Assembly: GCA_963814115.1 (NCBI GenBank)
Contig: CAWFBS010000014.1
Location: 20,556-84,555, forward strand
Direction: 5' to 3'
Length of the DNA: 64,000 nucleotides
Origin: an uncultured Chloroflexia bacterium
GTDB lineage: Bacteria; Chloroflexota; Limnocylindria; Limnocylindrales; CSP1-4
Part shown: positions 33,425 to 41,924 of the stretch, piece by piece
How positions within the stretch are numbered: position 1 is the stretch's first letter
Layout of the letters: every line of letters begins with the position of its first letter
Program-made: the position numbers and the translations under genes
Notes under the pieces: model-generated
The model's input: only the letters and a program-made list of their open reading frames with translations
Told to the model about the DNA's origin: nothing
Database searches by the model: none

Positions 33425-34547
33425 ATGGATCGGGCCGGCCTCCGCGAGCTTGCCGGACGGATCCACGCGACCTCGGGGCGTCTTTGACCTCCCGGCCAAG
33501 GAAGCACGCGTCGCGGAACTCGACGCACTGATCGGAGTCCCGGGATTCTGGGACGATCAGCGAGGAGCCCAGCGAATCCTTCGCGAGGCCGACGGTCTGC
33601 GCGGCGAGCTTTCGATCTGGCAGGACCTGGAATCCCGCGCGACGGGCCTCGACGAGCTGGCAGACCTCGCCGCCGAGGCCGAGGATGCGGAGATGCTCGC
33701 CGAGATCGATCGCGACGCGGAGGCGCTTCGGGTCTCGTTCGAGCGAGAGCGCACGGCGCTGCTCTTCTCGGGGGAGTACGACCAGCGCGGCGCGCTGGTC
33801 ACGATCAGTGCGGGTGCCGGCGGGACCGAGGCAACTGATTGGGCGGAGATGCTCCTCCGCATGTTCCTCCGCTGGGCCGAGCGGCACCACTTCTCGACCG
33901 AGGTCCTGGACCAGACCGAAGGCGAGCAGACCGGCCTCAAGAGCGTGACGTTCAGCGTCGACGGCCGCCGGGCGTACGGCTGGCTTCGCGCCGAGCGTGG
34001 CGTGCACCGGCTGGTCCGGATCAGCCCGTACGACTCCCAGAAGCGTCGCCAGACCACGTTCGCGCTCATCGAGGTGATGCCCGAAGTCGAGGATGAGGCC
34101 GAGGTGGAGCTCAACTGGGACGAGATCCGGGTCGAGATGTACCGCTCGTCCGGAGCCGGCGGGCAGCACGTGCAGAAGACCAACTCGGCGGTGCGCCTGA
34201 CGCACGTTCCGACGGGGATCGTGGTGACCTGCCAGAACGAGCGCTCGGCAACCCAGAATCGCGAGACCGCGGCCAAGGTCCTGGCGGCCCGCATCCTCGA
34301 ACGGCGACTGGAGGAGAAGGAGGTCGAGCTGCGCCTCCTCAGGGGCGAGCATGTCGAAGCCGGCTGGGGAAACCAGATCCGGAGCTACGTCCTTCACCCG
34401 TACCAGATGGTCAAGGATCATCGAACCGACGTGGAGACGTCGAACACGGCGGCGGTACTTGACGGGGACCTCGACGTCTTCATGGCGGCAGAGCTCGAGC
34501 GCGAGGCAACCGAGGCGCCGGTCAGCGGCACGATCGAGCCGGCGTGA
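33425..34547 (+). CDS. prfB: peptide chain release factor 2 (programmed +1 frameshift)
   Basis: Frame-0 ATG 33425 encodes MDRAGLRELAGRIHATSGRL, then an in-frame TGA at 33485. A +1 shift continues DLPAKEARVAELDALIGVPGFWDD… with SPF/GGQ motifs (SGAGGQHVQKTNSAVRLTHVPTG). The RF2 N-terminus is only recovered by the frameshift. Confidence 0.9.
33473..33488 (+). other. prfB +1 programmed frameshift site: internal SD GGGG, 3-nt spacer, CTT TGA C
   Basis: Sequence TCGGGGCGTCTTTGAC has the same architecture as the E. coli site AGGGGGTATCTTTGAC. Confidence 0.85.
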
Positions 34548-34563
34548 TCGGCCCGGGCCCCGC

Positions 34564-35562
34564 GTGACGACCGCGCCGGACGCCGAGCCGGTGGTTCGCA
34601 TTCGACCGGCACGCGTCGACGACCTGCCGGCCTGCGTTGGTGTCTGGCACGCCGGACTCAGCGAGTACGGGATGCGGGTCGGCCGGCCCGCCATGCCGCC
34701 GTCGTTCGGACCGCTGCTCGGGCTGCTCGGGCACCTCCTGGCAACGGACCCGCGGGGCTTCCTGGTGGCGGTCGCGGATGGCGCTGCAGACGACGACTCG
34801 CCGAGGGCCACCGACCGGGCCGGCTCAGCGGGCCAGGTCGTCGCCTTCGTCTCGGCGCTCCGGCGCGAGCACGTGTGGTTCCTGGCGATGCTCTTCGTGC
34901 AGCCGGGGCACCAGGAGCGCGGCCTGGGACGACGCCTCCTGTCCCGAGTGCTGACGGGTACGAAGCATGCCACCCACGCGACGTGCACGGACAGCGCCCA
35001 GCCAGTCTCCAATGCCCTGTACAGCCGCTTCGGCATCATGCCGCGGCTGCCGGTGCTTGAGCTGGTCGGGCGGCCACAGGGTGCCGTGCCCGGCCTGCCC
35101 GGCGGCATCCGTGCGGTTCCCTTCGAGCTCCTGCGCGCTGGACCGACCGACGGCCCGGGGCCGCGGCGCCTGGCCGCCGCGCTGGAACACCTGGATCGAA
35201 CCACGCTCGGGTACGCGCACCCGCAGGACCATGCCTACCTAGCCGCCCAGGGCCGCCTGGGCTACCTGTACGAAGCCGGCGACGGAAGCGTGGCCGGCTA
35301 CGGGTACGCGTCGGAGGTGGGCCGCCTGGGCCCGATCGCCGTCGACGATTCCGGGCTGTTGGGGCCGGTGACGGGCCACCTTCTCGGGTCGGTTCGCCCG
35401 GCCGGTGCCTTCTCGGCCTGGATCCCCGGATCGGCCAGCGGGGCCCTCGCGGCACTCCTCGAAGCCGGGCTGCGACTGGAGGACTTCCCGGCGCTCGTCT
35501 GCTGGGACCGGCCCTTCGCCGATTTCGAGCGCTACGTGCCGATCACGCTGGCTGTCCTGTAG
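34564..35562 (+). CDS. GNAT family N-acetyltransferase (two-lobed, ~330 aa)
   Basis: Acetyl-CoA-binding-like motif QERGLGRRLL. GTG at 34564 follows the prfB stop. The track's upstream extension overlaps prfB and is rejected. Confidence 0.6.
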   Translation: MTTAPDAEPVVRIRPARVDDLPACVGVWHAGLSEYGMRVGRPAMPPSFGPLLGLLGHLLATDPRGFLVAVADGAADDDSPRATDRAGSAGQVVAFVSALRREHVWFLAMLFVQPGHQERGLGRRLLSRVLTGTKHATHATCTDSAQPVSNALYSRFGIMPRLPVLELVGRPQGAVPGLPGGIRAVPFELLRAGPTDGPGPRRLAAALEHLDRTTLGYAHPQDHAYLAAQGRLGYLYEAGDGSVAGYGYASEVGRLGPIAVDDSGLLGPVTGHLLGSVRPAGAFSAWIPGSASGALAALLEAGLRLEDFPALVCWDRPFADFERYVPITLAVL

Positions 35563-35635
35563 CGACGGGCCGACCGAAGCCGGTCCCACCAACGGACCGG
35601 ACGGATCCGTGGACCGGTGGTAGCCTCGACCGGAC

Positions 35636-36409
35636 GTGACGACCCCCACCATCCTTCGGCCTGCCGCCGCGCCCGAGTCGTCGACCGACGGCGCGGCTCC
35701 GAGCACACCCACAGAGGCCCGTCCCGTCGTCCTGCTGCGCGGCGTGCGCAAGATCTATCCGAACGGGAAGGCCGCCCTCGACGACGTGGACCTGGCCCTC
35801 GGGGAAGGGGAGTTCGTCTTCCTGGTGGGACCGTCGGGCGCGGGCAAGACGACTCTCCTGAAGCTCCTGATCCGGGACGAGCGACCGACGTCCGGCGAGG
35901 TGATCCTCGATGGGCGGAACCTCGCCCGCGTGCCGCGGCGGAAGGTCCCCGAGCTGCGCCGCAAGATCGGGATCGTCTTCCAGGACTACAAGCTCCTGCC
36001 GACGCGCTCGGTCCGGGAGAACGTCGCATTCGCGCTGGAGGTGACCGGAACGCCTCGCCGGCAGATCAGGCCCGCTGTCGATCGCGCGCTTGCGGTCGTC
36101 GGGCTGGCCGCCCAGGCGGACCAGCTGCCGACCACGTTGTCTGGCGGTGAGCAGCAGCGGACCGCGATCGCCCGCGCGCTCGTCCACGAGCCGCGCCTGA
36201 TCATCGCCGACGAGCCGACCGGAAACCTGGACCCGCTGATCAGCTGGGAGATCATCCAGCTGCTGCTCCGGATCAACGAGCTTGGCGTCACGATCCTGAT
36301 GGCAACCCACAACGCCTCCGTGGTGACCGCCCTCCGGCGCCGCGTCGTCGCGCTCGAGGAAGGGCGCGTCGTCCGCGACGAGGTCGGTGGCTACCACCGC
36401 GACGACTGA
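35636..36409 (+). CDS. ftsE: cell division ATP-binding protein FtsE
   Basis: Walker A GPSGAGKTT, signature LSGGEQQRTAIARAL, Walker B LIIADEPTGNLD. Lies upstream of ftsX. Confidence 0.9.
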   Translation: MTTPTILRPAAAPESSTDGAAPSTPTEARPVVLLRGVRKIYPNGKAALDDVDLALGEGEFVFLVGPSGAGKTTLLKLLIRDERPTSGEVILDGRNLARVPRRKVPELRRKIGIVFQDYKLLPTRSVRENVAFALEVTGTPRRQIRPAVDRALAVVGLAAQADQLPTTLSGGEQQRTAIARALVHEPRLIIADEPTGNLDPLISWEIIQLLLRINELGVTILMATHNASVVTALRRRVVALEEGRVVRDEVGGYHRDD

Positions 36410-36412
36410 CCA

Positions 36413-37324
36413 GTGTTCGGCTTCTTCCGTTTCGTCGCGTTCAGCGTCACCCATGGCCTGCAGGGCCTGCGCCGCAACGGCCTGATGACGATCGCCGCCA
36501 CCGCCACGATGCTCCTGATGCTCCTCCTGCTGGCCGGGTTCTGGCTCGTCCAGGCGGGCCTCGCGGCCGGCGTCTCGTACGTCGAGCAGAAGGTGGAGAT
36601 CGTCGCCGACCTCCACGATGCCCCCGGAGCCGAGGGCGCCCTCACGGTGCAGGCCGTTGCCCTGGAGGCGGACGTCGCTGCCCTGCCCTCTGTCCGAAGC
36701 GTCGACTTCGTCTCCAAGGACGAAGCCCTGGCGCAGTTTCGCCAGCGGCTGCTGGAGCGGGGACAGGTCGACCTGACCGGCTACCTGGACCGGAACCCGC
36801 TTCCAGCCAGCCTCGAGGTCAAGCTCGTGGATCCGCGGGTCTACGACCAGGTCGTGCAGCTGCTCCAGAACCATAGTCGCGTGGTGGATGACGTGGTCCA
36901 GGTCCAGCAGCTGGTGTCCGAGCTGACGACCGTCACGGGTGTCCTGCGGACCGGGGGCATCGTGCTCCTGGTGCTGGTCGGGGTCGTCGTCCTCTTCATC
37001 ATCGTCAACACCATCCGGCTCGCCGTCGTGGCCCGCCGCGAGGAGATCGAGATCATGCGGTTGGTCGGCGCATCGGACGCGTTCATCCGCTGGCCGTTCA
37101 TCTTCGAGGGTGCCTTCGTCGGGCTGCTGGGGGCCGCGGCCGCGCTCGCGATCATCGCGCTGGTTTCGGGGCCGGTGTCCGACTTCATGTACGGCTTCTT
37201 CCGGGTCCTCCCGATCGAGCTCGGCTCGCTCCAGACGGACATGACCCTCCTGGTGGTCGGGACGGGGTTCGGCGTGGGGGTGCTCGGATCGTGGCTCTCC
37301 GTGCGAAGCTACCTGACCAAGTAG
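36413..37324 (+). CDS. ftsX: cell division permease-like protein FtsX
   Basis: 303 aa with 4 TM helices and a large extracytoplasmic loop. GTG start follows ftsE. Confidence 0.85.
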   Translation: MFGFFRFVAFSVTHGLQGLRRNGLMTIAATATMLLMLLLLAGFWLVQAGLAAGVSYVEQKVEIVADLHDAPGAEGALTVQAVALEADVAALPSVRSVDFVSKDEALAQFRQRLLERGQVDLTGYLDRNPLPASLEVKLVDPRVYDQVVQLLQNHSRVVDDVVQVQQLVSELTTVTGVLRTGGIVLLVLVGVVVLFIIVNTIRLAVVARREEIEIMRLVGASDAFIRWPFIFEGAFVGLLGAAAALAIIALVSGPVSDFMYGFFRVLPIELGSLQTDMTLLVVGTGFGVGVLGSWLSVRSYLTK

Positions 37325-37433
37325 GCCCGGTCCCCGGACTGCCAGGCCGCCCGTCCCGAACCCCCGGTGTACGCTGTCCGCCCGGCGGCCCCGGATCCGC
37401 GGCTGCGCCGGTTCCGAGCACGAGACACGTCCC

Positions 37434-38828
37434 ATGACCCCACGCGGCCCCGAACTCGATCCGCTCGACCCGCCGACCGACGACCGGCCCGAGGTGCCCG
37501 ACGTCCCCGAGGTGCCGGCCAATGCGGCCGCGCCCGCCCTCGCGCCCGCCCTGGCCAGCGTGCCGGCCCCCAGGAGGGTCGCGGCGCTGCCGCTCGCGCT
37601 TGCGGCTGTCGCCCTGCTCGCCGGTGCGGCGCTCTTCCTGTCCGGCTACATGCTCGGGACGCGGACGGCCACGACCCCGGGCACGCCCGCTGCCGACGCG
37701 GCGCTTTTCGCGCCGTTCTGGGACACGTGGGACTCGATCACCCGGAGCTATGTCGGCCCGGTGGATCAGAAGACCATCGTCGAAGGCGCCATCGACGGGA
37801 TGATCAAGGCGCTCGGTGATCCGTTCTCGGCCTACATGAGCCCGGCCGCTCTCCAGAGCGCGCGCGATTCCCTGGCAGGCCAGTTCGAGGGGATCGGCGC
37901 CGTCGTGACGGCTCGATCTTCGGCCGGGGCGGGGGGTGCGTGTGCGCCGCTGGGCCCCGCCTGCCGGATGACCGTGGTGTCCACGATCCCCGGCTCGCCT
38001 GCCGAGGCCGCCGGCCTCAAGGCGGACGACGCGATCACCGCGATCGACGGGTCGAGCGTCGATGGCCTCACGCTCGACCAGGCCATCGCGAAGATTCGCG
38101 GTCCGAAAGGGACGCCCGTCGTGCTCACGACCGCCCGGGCCGGTCAGGCGCCGTTCGACCTTCGCATCGTCCGGGACACCATCTCGCAGCCCCAGGTGGA
38201 GGCACGCGACCTGGAGAACGACACGGTCCGCTACATCCGGATCACGACCTTCTCGGACAGCGCTGCCACGGACTTCACGACCGCGCTCCAGGCGGGCATC
38301 ACGAAGGGCGAGCGTTCCGTGATCGTCGACCTGCGCGACAACCCGGGAGGCTACGTGACGGCGGCCCGGACGATCGCCAGCCAGTTCATCGCCGGCGGGC
38401 CCATCTTCTGGGAGCAGAGCGCGGACGGGACGCAGATCGAGACGGCGGCCGCGCCCGGCGGCATCGCGACGGACCCCGGCATCCGGGTCATGGTGCTGGT
38501 CAACAAGGGAAGCGCATCGGCCAGCGAGATCGTCGCCGGAGCCCTCCAGGACACGAGGCGCGGCACGCTGGTCGGCCAGACGACCTACGGCAAGGGCACG
38601 ATCCAGCAGTGGGTGGACCTTACCAACGACTCGGGTGGGTTCCGACTGACGATCGCGAAGTGGCTCACCCCCGACAAGCGCTGGATTCACATGAAGGGCC
38701 TGACGCCGGACATCCTGGTCGGGGCCGGCGGCGTGCCGACCACGCCCACGGGCGACCCGTACATCGACGCGGCCCTCAAGGCCCTCGGAACGCCGACTGC
38801 CCTCGAGGCATGGCCACGCGCCGCCTGA
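37434..38828 (+). CDS. ctpA: S41-family C-terminal processing peptidase with PDZ domain
   Basis: N-terminal TM anchor, a PDZ domain (VVSTIPGSPAEAAGLKADDAITAIDGSSV), and S41 catalytic motifs (…GKGTIQQW…). Confidence 0.8.
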   Translation: MTPRGPELDPLDPPTDDRPEVPDVPEVPANAAAPALAPALASVPAPRRVAALPLALAAVALLAGAALFLSGYMLGTRTATTPGTPAADAALFAPFWDTWDSITRSYVGPVDQKTIVEGAIDGMIKALGDPFSAYMSPAALQSARDSLAGQFEGIGAVVTARSSAGAGGACAPLGPACRMTVVSTIPGSPAEAAGLKADDAITAIDGSSVDGLTLDQAIAKIRGPKGTPVVLTTARAGQAPFDLRIVRDTISQPQVEARDLENDTVRYIRITTFSDSAATDFTTALQAGITKGERSVIVDLRDNPGGYVTAARTIASQFIAGGPIFWEQSADGTQIETAAAPGGIATDPGIRVMVLVNKGSASASEIVAGALQDTRRGTLVGQTTYGKGTIQQWVDLTNDSGGFRLTIAKWLTPDKRWIHMKGLTPDILVGAGGVPTTPTGDPYIDAALKALGTPTALEAWPRAA

Positions 38829-39015
38829 CGACGAGAAGGCGAGCAGCCGCACCTTGACCGGATGGCACCGAACAACATCGTTCGGCCCACCAGGCCCCCG
38901 GCAACCTCGTCCCGGCCAGGTGCCTGGCATCCCTGGCCATGCCTGTGCAACGGGGCACGGGACGAGTACAACCTCTTGCCAGATCCGGGGTCGTCCTGTA
39001 CGGTTTCGCCAACCG

Positions 39016-39046
39016 AAAGGAGGTGATGTGCAGTGACAGACAGTAG
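39016..39046 (+). other. near-perfect Shine-Dalgarno (AAAGGAGGTGA) followed by a 6-codon mini-ORF (MCSDRQ*) in the ctpA-smpB intergenic region
   Basis: This is the strongest SD match in the window and sits in a 388-bp non-coding gap, followed by ATG…TAG 18 nt later. It is a candidate leader peptide or uORF. Confidence 0.3.
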
Positions 39047-39216
39047 TCCGCGTCGTTGCACCACCTCGCAGGGAGCATCCGCCTGACGGACGCCCCAGCG
39101 GGTGGGCAACTCGAAACGCGTTCGAGGGCCGGTTCCGGCAGCGGAGCCGGCCTTCGTGCGTCCGCGACGCGCACCCGCTCGACCGCGCGGACATCCACCA
39201 CGAGGAGCAGGAACCC

Positions 39217-39681
39217 ATGGGCGAATCGACGATCGCCCTCAATCGCAAGGCGCGCCACGAGTTCACGATCGAGGACACGTTCGAGGCAGGCCTCGTTCTG
39301 ACCGGCACGGAGATCAAGTCGATCCGGGCGGGCCATGTGAGCCTCCAGGAGGCCTACGCGCGCATCGAGCGCGGCGAGGCCTGGCTGGTCGGCGCCCACA
39401 TCGCCCCGTTCGCCGGCGGCAACCGCCTCAACCACGAGGCGAAGCGATCGCGGAAGCTGCTCCTCCACCGCGACGAGATCGACGAGCTGCTCGGGAAGAC
39501 GCGGTCGAAGGGCCTCACGATCGTGCCCCTCCGGCTGTTCATCGACGGCCGCGGGCACGCCAAGCTCGAGATCGGGCTGGGGCGCGGGAAGCAGCTCCAC
39601 GATCGTCGGCGGGACATCGCCGAGCGCGACGCGCGGCGCGACATGGATCGGTCGCTGGCCGACGCGAGCCGCGGCAGGTAG
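39217..39681 (+). CDS. smpB: SsrA-binding protein
   Basis: MGESTIALNRKARHEFTIEDTFEAGLVLTGTEIKSIRAG… is canonical SmpB. RBS GAGGAGCAGG. Confidence 0.9.
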   Translation: MGESTIALNRKARHEFTIEDTFEAGLVLTGTEIKSIRAGHVSLQEAYARIERGEAWLVGAHIAPFAGGNRLNHEAKRSRKLLLHRDEIDELLGKTRSKGLTIVPLRLFIDGRGHAKLEIGLGRGKQLHDRRRDIAERDARRDMDRSLADASRGR

Positions 39682-39695
39682 CCTCGGCTCCCGCG

Positions 39696-40232
39696 TCAGG
39701 CGAGGGGCGAGGGCACCGGTACGAGGGCCGCGGGCATGAGCCGCTCCACGATCACGACGTCGCGCCAGCGGCCGTCGAGCTGCGCGTGGCGCCGATACGT
39801 GCCGACCTCGCGGAAGCCCAGGCCCGTCAGGAGGCGGCGGCTCGGCTCGTTGTCCACGAAGACCCGCGAGACGAGCTTCCAGAAGGCGCCCCTTTCGGCT
39901 GCCACGAGAAGCGCCTCCATCACGAGCCGGCCGACGCCCTGCCCACGGGCTGCGCGGGCCACGTAGACGGAGAACTCCGCGACGCCTGCATAGCACTCGC
40001 GCGATCGGTACTCGAACGTGGCCGCGAAGCCGAGCAGATCCTCGTCCGCATCCTCGGCCACGACGATCGGGTGACGACCGTCGAACCAGGCCGTGATGTC
40101 GGAGGCCACGCGGGGTCGCGTCTCGAAGGTCGCGGTCCGGTCCTCGATTCCCTCGTTGTAGATGCGGGCGATGGCGGCCGCATCGCCCGGGGTCGCCGGC
40201 CGCACCGCGGTCTCGCGTGGCATCGGCATCAC
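39696..40232 (-). CDS. GNAT acetyltransferase, phosphinothricin/L-amino-acid N-acyltransferase (PAT/YncA)-like
   Basis: IRPATPGDAAAIARIYNEGIEDRTATFETRP… and a GNAT core (RGQGVGRLVMEAL). GTG/ATG start at 40232/40229. Confidence 0.7.
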   Translation of the reverse strand: MMPMPRETAVRPATPGDAAAIARIYNEGIEDRTATFETRPRVASDITAWFDGRHPIVVAEDADEDLLGFAATFEYRSRECYAGVAEFSVYVARAARGQGVGRLVMEALLVAAERGAFWKLVSRVFVDNEPSRRLLTGLGFREVGTYRRHAQLDGRWRDVVIVERLMPAALVPVPSPLA

Positions 40233-40393
40233 CTGATCAGGCCGCGGGTCGCCGAATGGACCTCGGCGGATCGCGCGGCGCGGAGCGCTCGCGCGATCCG
40301 GGCGGCAAGATCGGCGTCGACACCCGCGAGCACCCCCTCGCGAGCGTCCGGTGCCGCCGCGAGGGCGATGAGGTCACGGGCCGTGTCGTGCAT
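40229..40393 (-). CDS. small 54-aa ORF translationally coupled to the downstream GNAT gene
   Basis: MHDTARDLIALAAAPDAREGVLAGVDADLAARIARALRAARSAEVHSATRGLIR. RBS GGAGC upstream, high GC3, and its TGA overlaps the GNAT GTG/ATG start. Confidence 0.35.
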   Translation of the reverse strand: MHDTARDLIALAAAPDAREGVLAGVDADLAARIARALRAARSAEVHSATRGLIR

Positions 40394-40518
40394 CGGGCGG
40401 CTCCTGGGGTCGGGTGGCGGGAGGTGGCGCTCGCGATAGTAGCCCCGGACCGACCTGGGCTAGAATGCTCGCGCCGACCTGGGTCGGCTCGAGCTGGCCG
40501 TGTGCCGGTTCGATCGGT

Positions 40519-40892
40519 GGGGATGCGTGGTCTCGACGGGGCCCCGCAGCCCGGAAACGCGAGCCGAGGATGCCGCTCTGGCCTCGTTAAAAGGCGGCAA
40601 AACGAAGTAACTGCCAACAAGCAGCCTGCTCTCGCCCTCGCCGCTTAGGCGGTAAGGTGAGCGTGGAAGCGGCCTCCTCCCCGTGGGCCGTGGAAGCGTC
40701 ACTCAGCGGGGATGCAGCCCCGGCAAGCGCCGCGTAGCCGGGAGCGAAGCCCGATCTAGGGACGCGTGGCTGGACCGATCATCGCCCCTGCCGATGGGGG
40801 TGGGTCGGTCGAGATCAAGCATCGGACACGCTCGTAGTGGGTCCGGGTCACGGGTTTCGGACGGGGAGTTCGACTCTCCCCCATCTCCACCA
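40519..40892 (+). ncRNA. ssrA: tmRNA (transfer-messenger RNA)
   Basis: 5' GGGGAUG… pairs with 3' …CAUCUCCACCA. T-arm GGACGGGGAGTTCGACTCTCCCC. Tag reading frame GCC AAC AAG CAG CCT GCT CTC GCC CTC GCC GCT TAG gives ANKQPALALAA ending in the canonical ALAA. Located downstream of smpB as in Actinobacteria. Confidence 0.85.
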
Positions 40893-40924
40893 ACCCCTCC
40901 CTTGGTGCGGGCGTCGGCGTGTGA

Positions 40925-40940
40925 CCGCGGCTGGCCGCGG
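40925..40940 (+). terminator. GC-rich hairpin (CCGCGGC-TG-GCCGCGG) 33 nt after the tmRNA 3' end
   Basis: Perfect 7-bp stem with a 2-nt loop and no U-tract, as is usual for high-GC terminators. Weak call. Confidence 0.25.
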
Positions 40941-41064
40941 CGTATGGGCTCTGCCGCGCCAGGCCGGTTCTGACTCGAGAGGCGCATGAGGGGACAAGGC
41001 CTCAAACTGCGCCCGTGAGCACACGCCGGAACACGCCAGGAAGCCACGCCGGGACCGCCGCCCG

Positions 41065-41817
41065 GTGAGCCCACTCGAGGCCGTCGCGATCCTGGCCGCC
41101 GGCCTGGCGGCAGGCACGATCAACACGATCGTCGGGTCCGGTTCACTGATCACGTTCCCGACCCTGCTCGCCTTCGGCTACGCACCGGTCGTCGCGAATG
41201 TCTCGAACACAGTCGGGCTGGTGCCCGGCTCGCTCAGCGGTGCGATCGGGTACCGCCGGGAGCTGGCCGGCCAGCGCGGCCGGGCAATCCGCCTGGGAAT
41301 CGCCGCGGTCGCCGGGGGCCTGACAGGGGGCCTGCTCCTGCTCGCCCTGCCGGCTTCCGCGTTCGAGCGGATCGTACCGATCCTCATCCTCGGCGCGGTG
41401 ATCCTGATGGCGATCCAGCCACGCCTGTCGCGCGCGATGGGCGAACGCCGGGCGGAGGGCGAGGAGCACACCCTGCCGCTCGTCGTCACGATCTACCTCA
41501 CCGGGATCTACGGCGGCTACTTCGGGGCTGCTCAGGGGGTGATCATGATGGCCCTGCTGGCAACGTTCCTGCCCGAGCACCTGCAGCGCCTGAATGCCCT
41601 GAAGAACGTCCTGGCGATGCTCATCAACGGCGTCGCGGCCATCCTGTTCATCGCGGTGGCACCCGTCGCCTGGACGCCCGCGATCCTCCTGGCGATCGGG
41701 GCGATCGTGGGTGGGCAGATCGGCGCAATCGTCGGACGTCGACTCCCAGCAGGAGTCCTGCGCCTGGCGATCATGGTGCTCGGCACGTTCGTGGGCCTTC
41801 GCCTCCTGATCGGATAG
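41065..41817 (+). CDS. TauE/SafE (DUF81) family sulfite/anion exporter
   Basis: 250 aa, about 8 TM helices, internal duplication with Gly-rich helices (TINTIVGSGSLITFP… / …TGIYGGYFGAAQGVIMMALL). Confidence 0.7.
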   Translation: MSPLEAVAILAAGLAAGTINTIVGSGSLITFPTLLAFGYAPVVANVSNTVGLVPGSLSGAIGYRRELAGQRGRAIRLGIAAVAGGLTGGLLLLALPASAFERIVPILILGAVILMAIQPRLSRAMGERRAEGEEHTLPLVVTIYLTGIYGGYFGAAQGVIMMALLATFLPEHLQRLNALKNVLAMLINGVAAILFIAVAPVAWTPAILLAIGAIVGGQIGAIVGRRLPAGVLRLAIMVLGTFVGLRLLIG

Positions 41818-41819
41818 GG

Positions 41820-41905
41820 CCGGCACGGGCGATCGGCGCCCCGGCACGCGCGATCGGCGGCCCGGCACGGGCGATCGGCCGGCCCGGCACGGGCGATGAG
41901 CCGGC
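41820..41905. repeat. intergenic tandem repeat, about 4 copies of a 21-22-bp unit (GGCCCGGCACGGGCGATCGGC)
   Basis: ggccggcacgggcgatcggcg / ccccggcacgcgcgatcggcg / gcccggcacgggcgatcggcc / ggcccggcacgggcgatgagcc lies between TauE and the methyltransferase gene. Confidence 0.85.
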
Positions 41906-41924
41906 CCGGCGTAGAGTCACGGCG

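Noticed and set aside
34351-34563. Upstream extension of the GNAT gene overlapping prfB
   Set aside because: It overlaps the 3' end of prfB. GTG 34564, directly after the prfB stop, gives a compact arrangement.
39696-40393. GNAT plus small ORF as a bona fide toxin-antitoxin module
   Set aside because: The GNAT sequence pattern matches phosphinothricin/amino-acid acetyltransferases rather than tRNA-acetylating toxins, and the small protein lacks an RHH-like N-terminus. Kept only as a low-interest finding.
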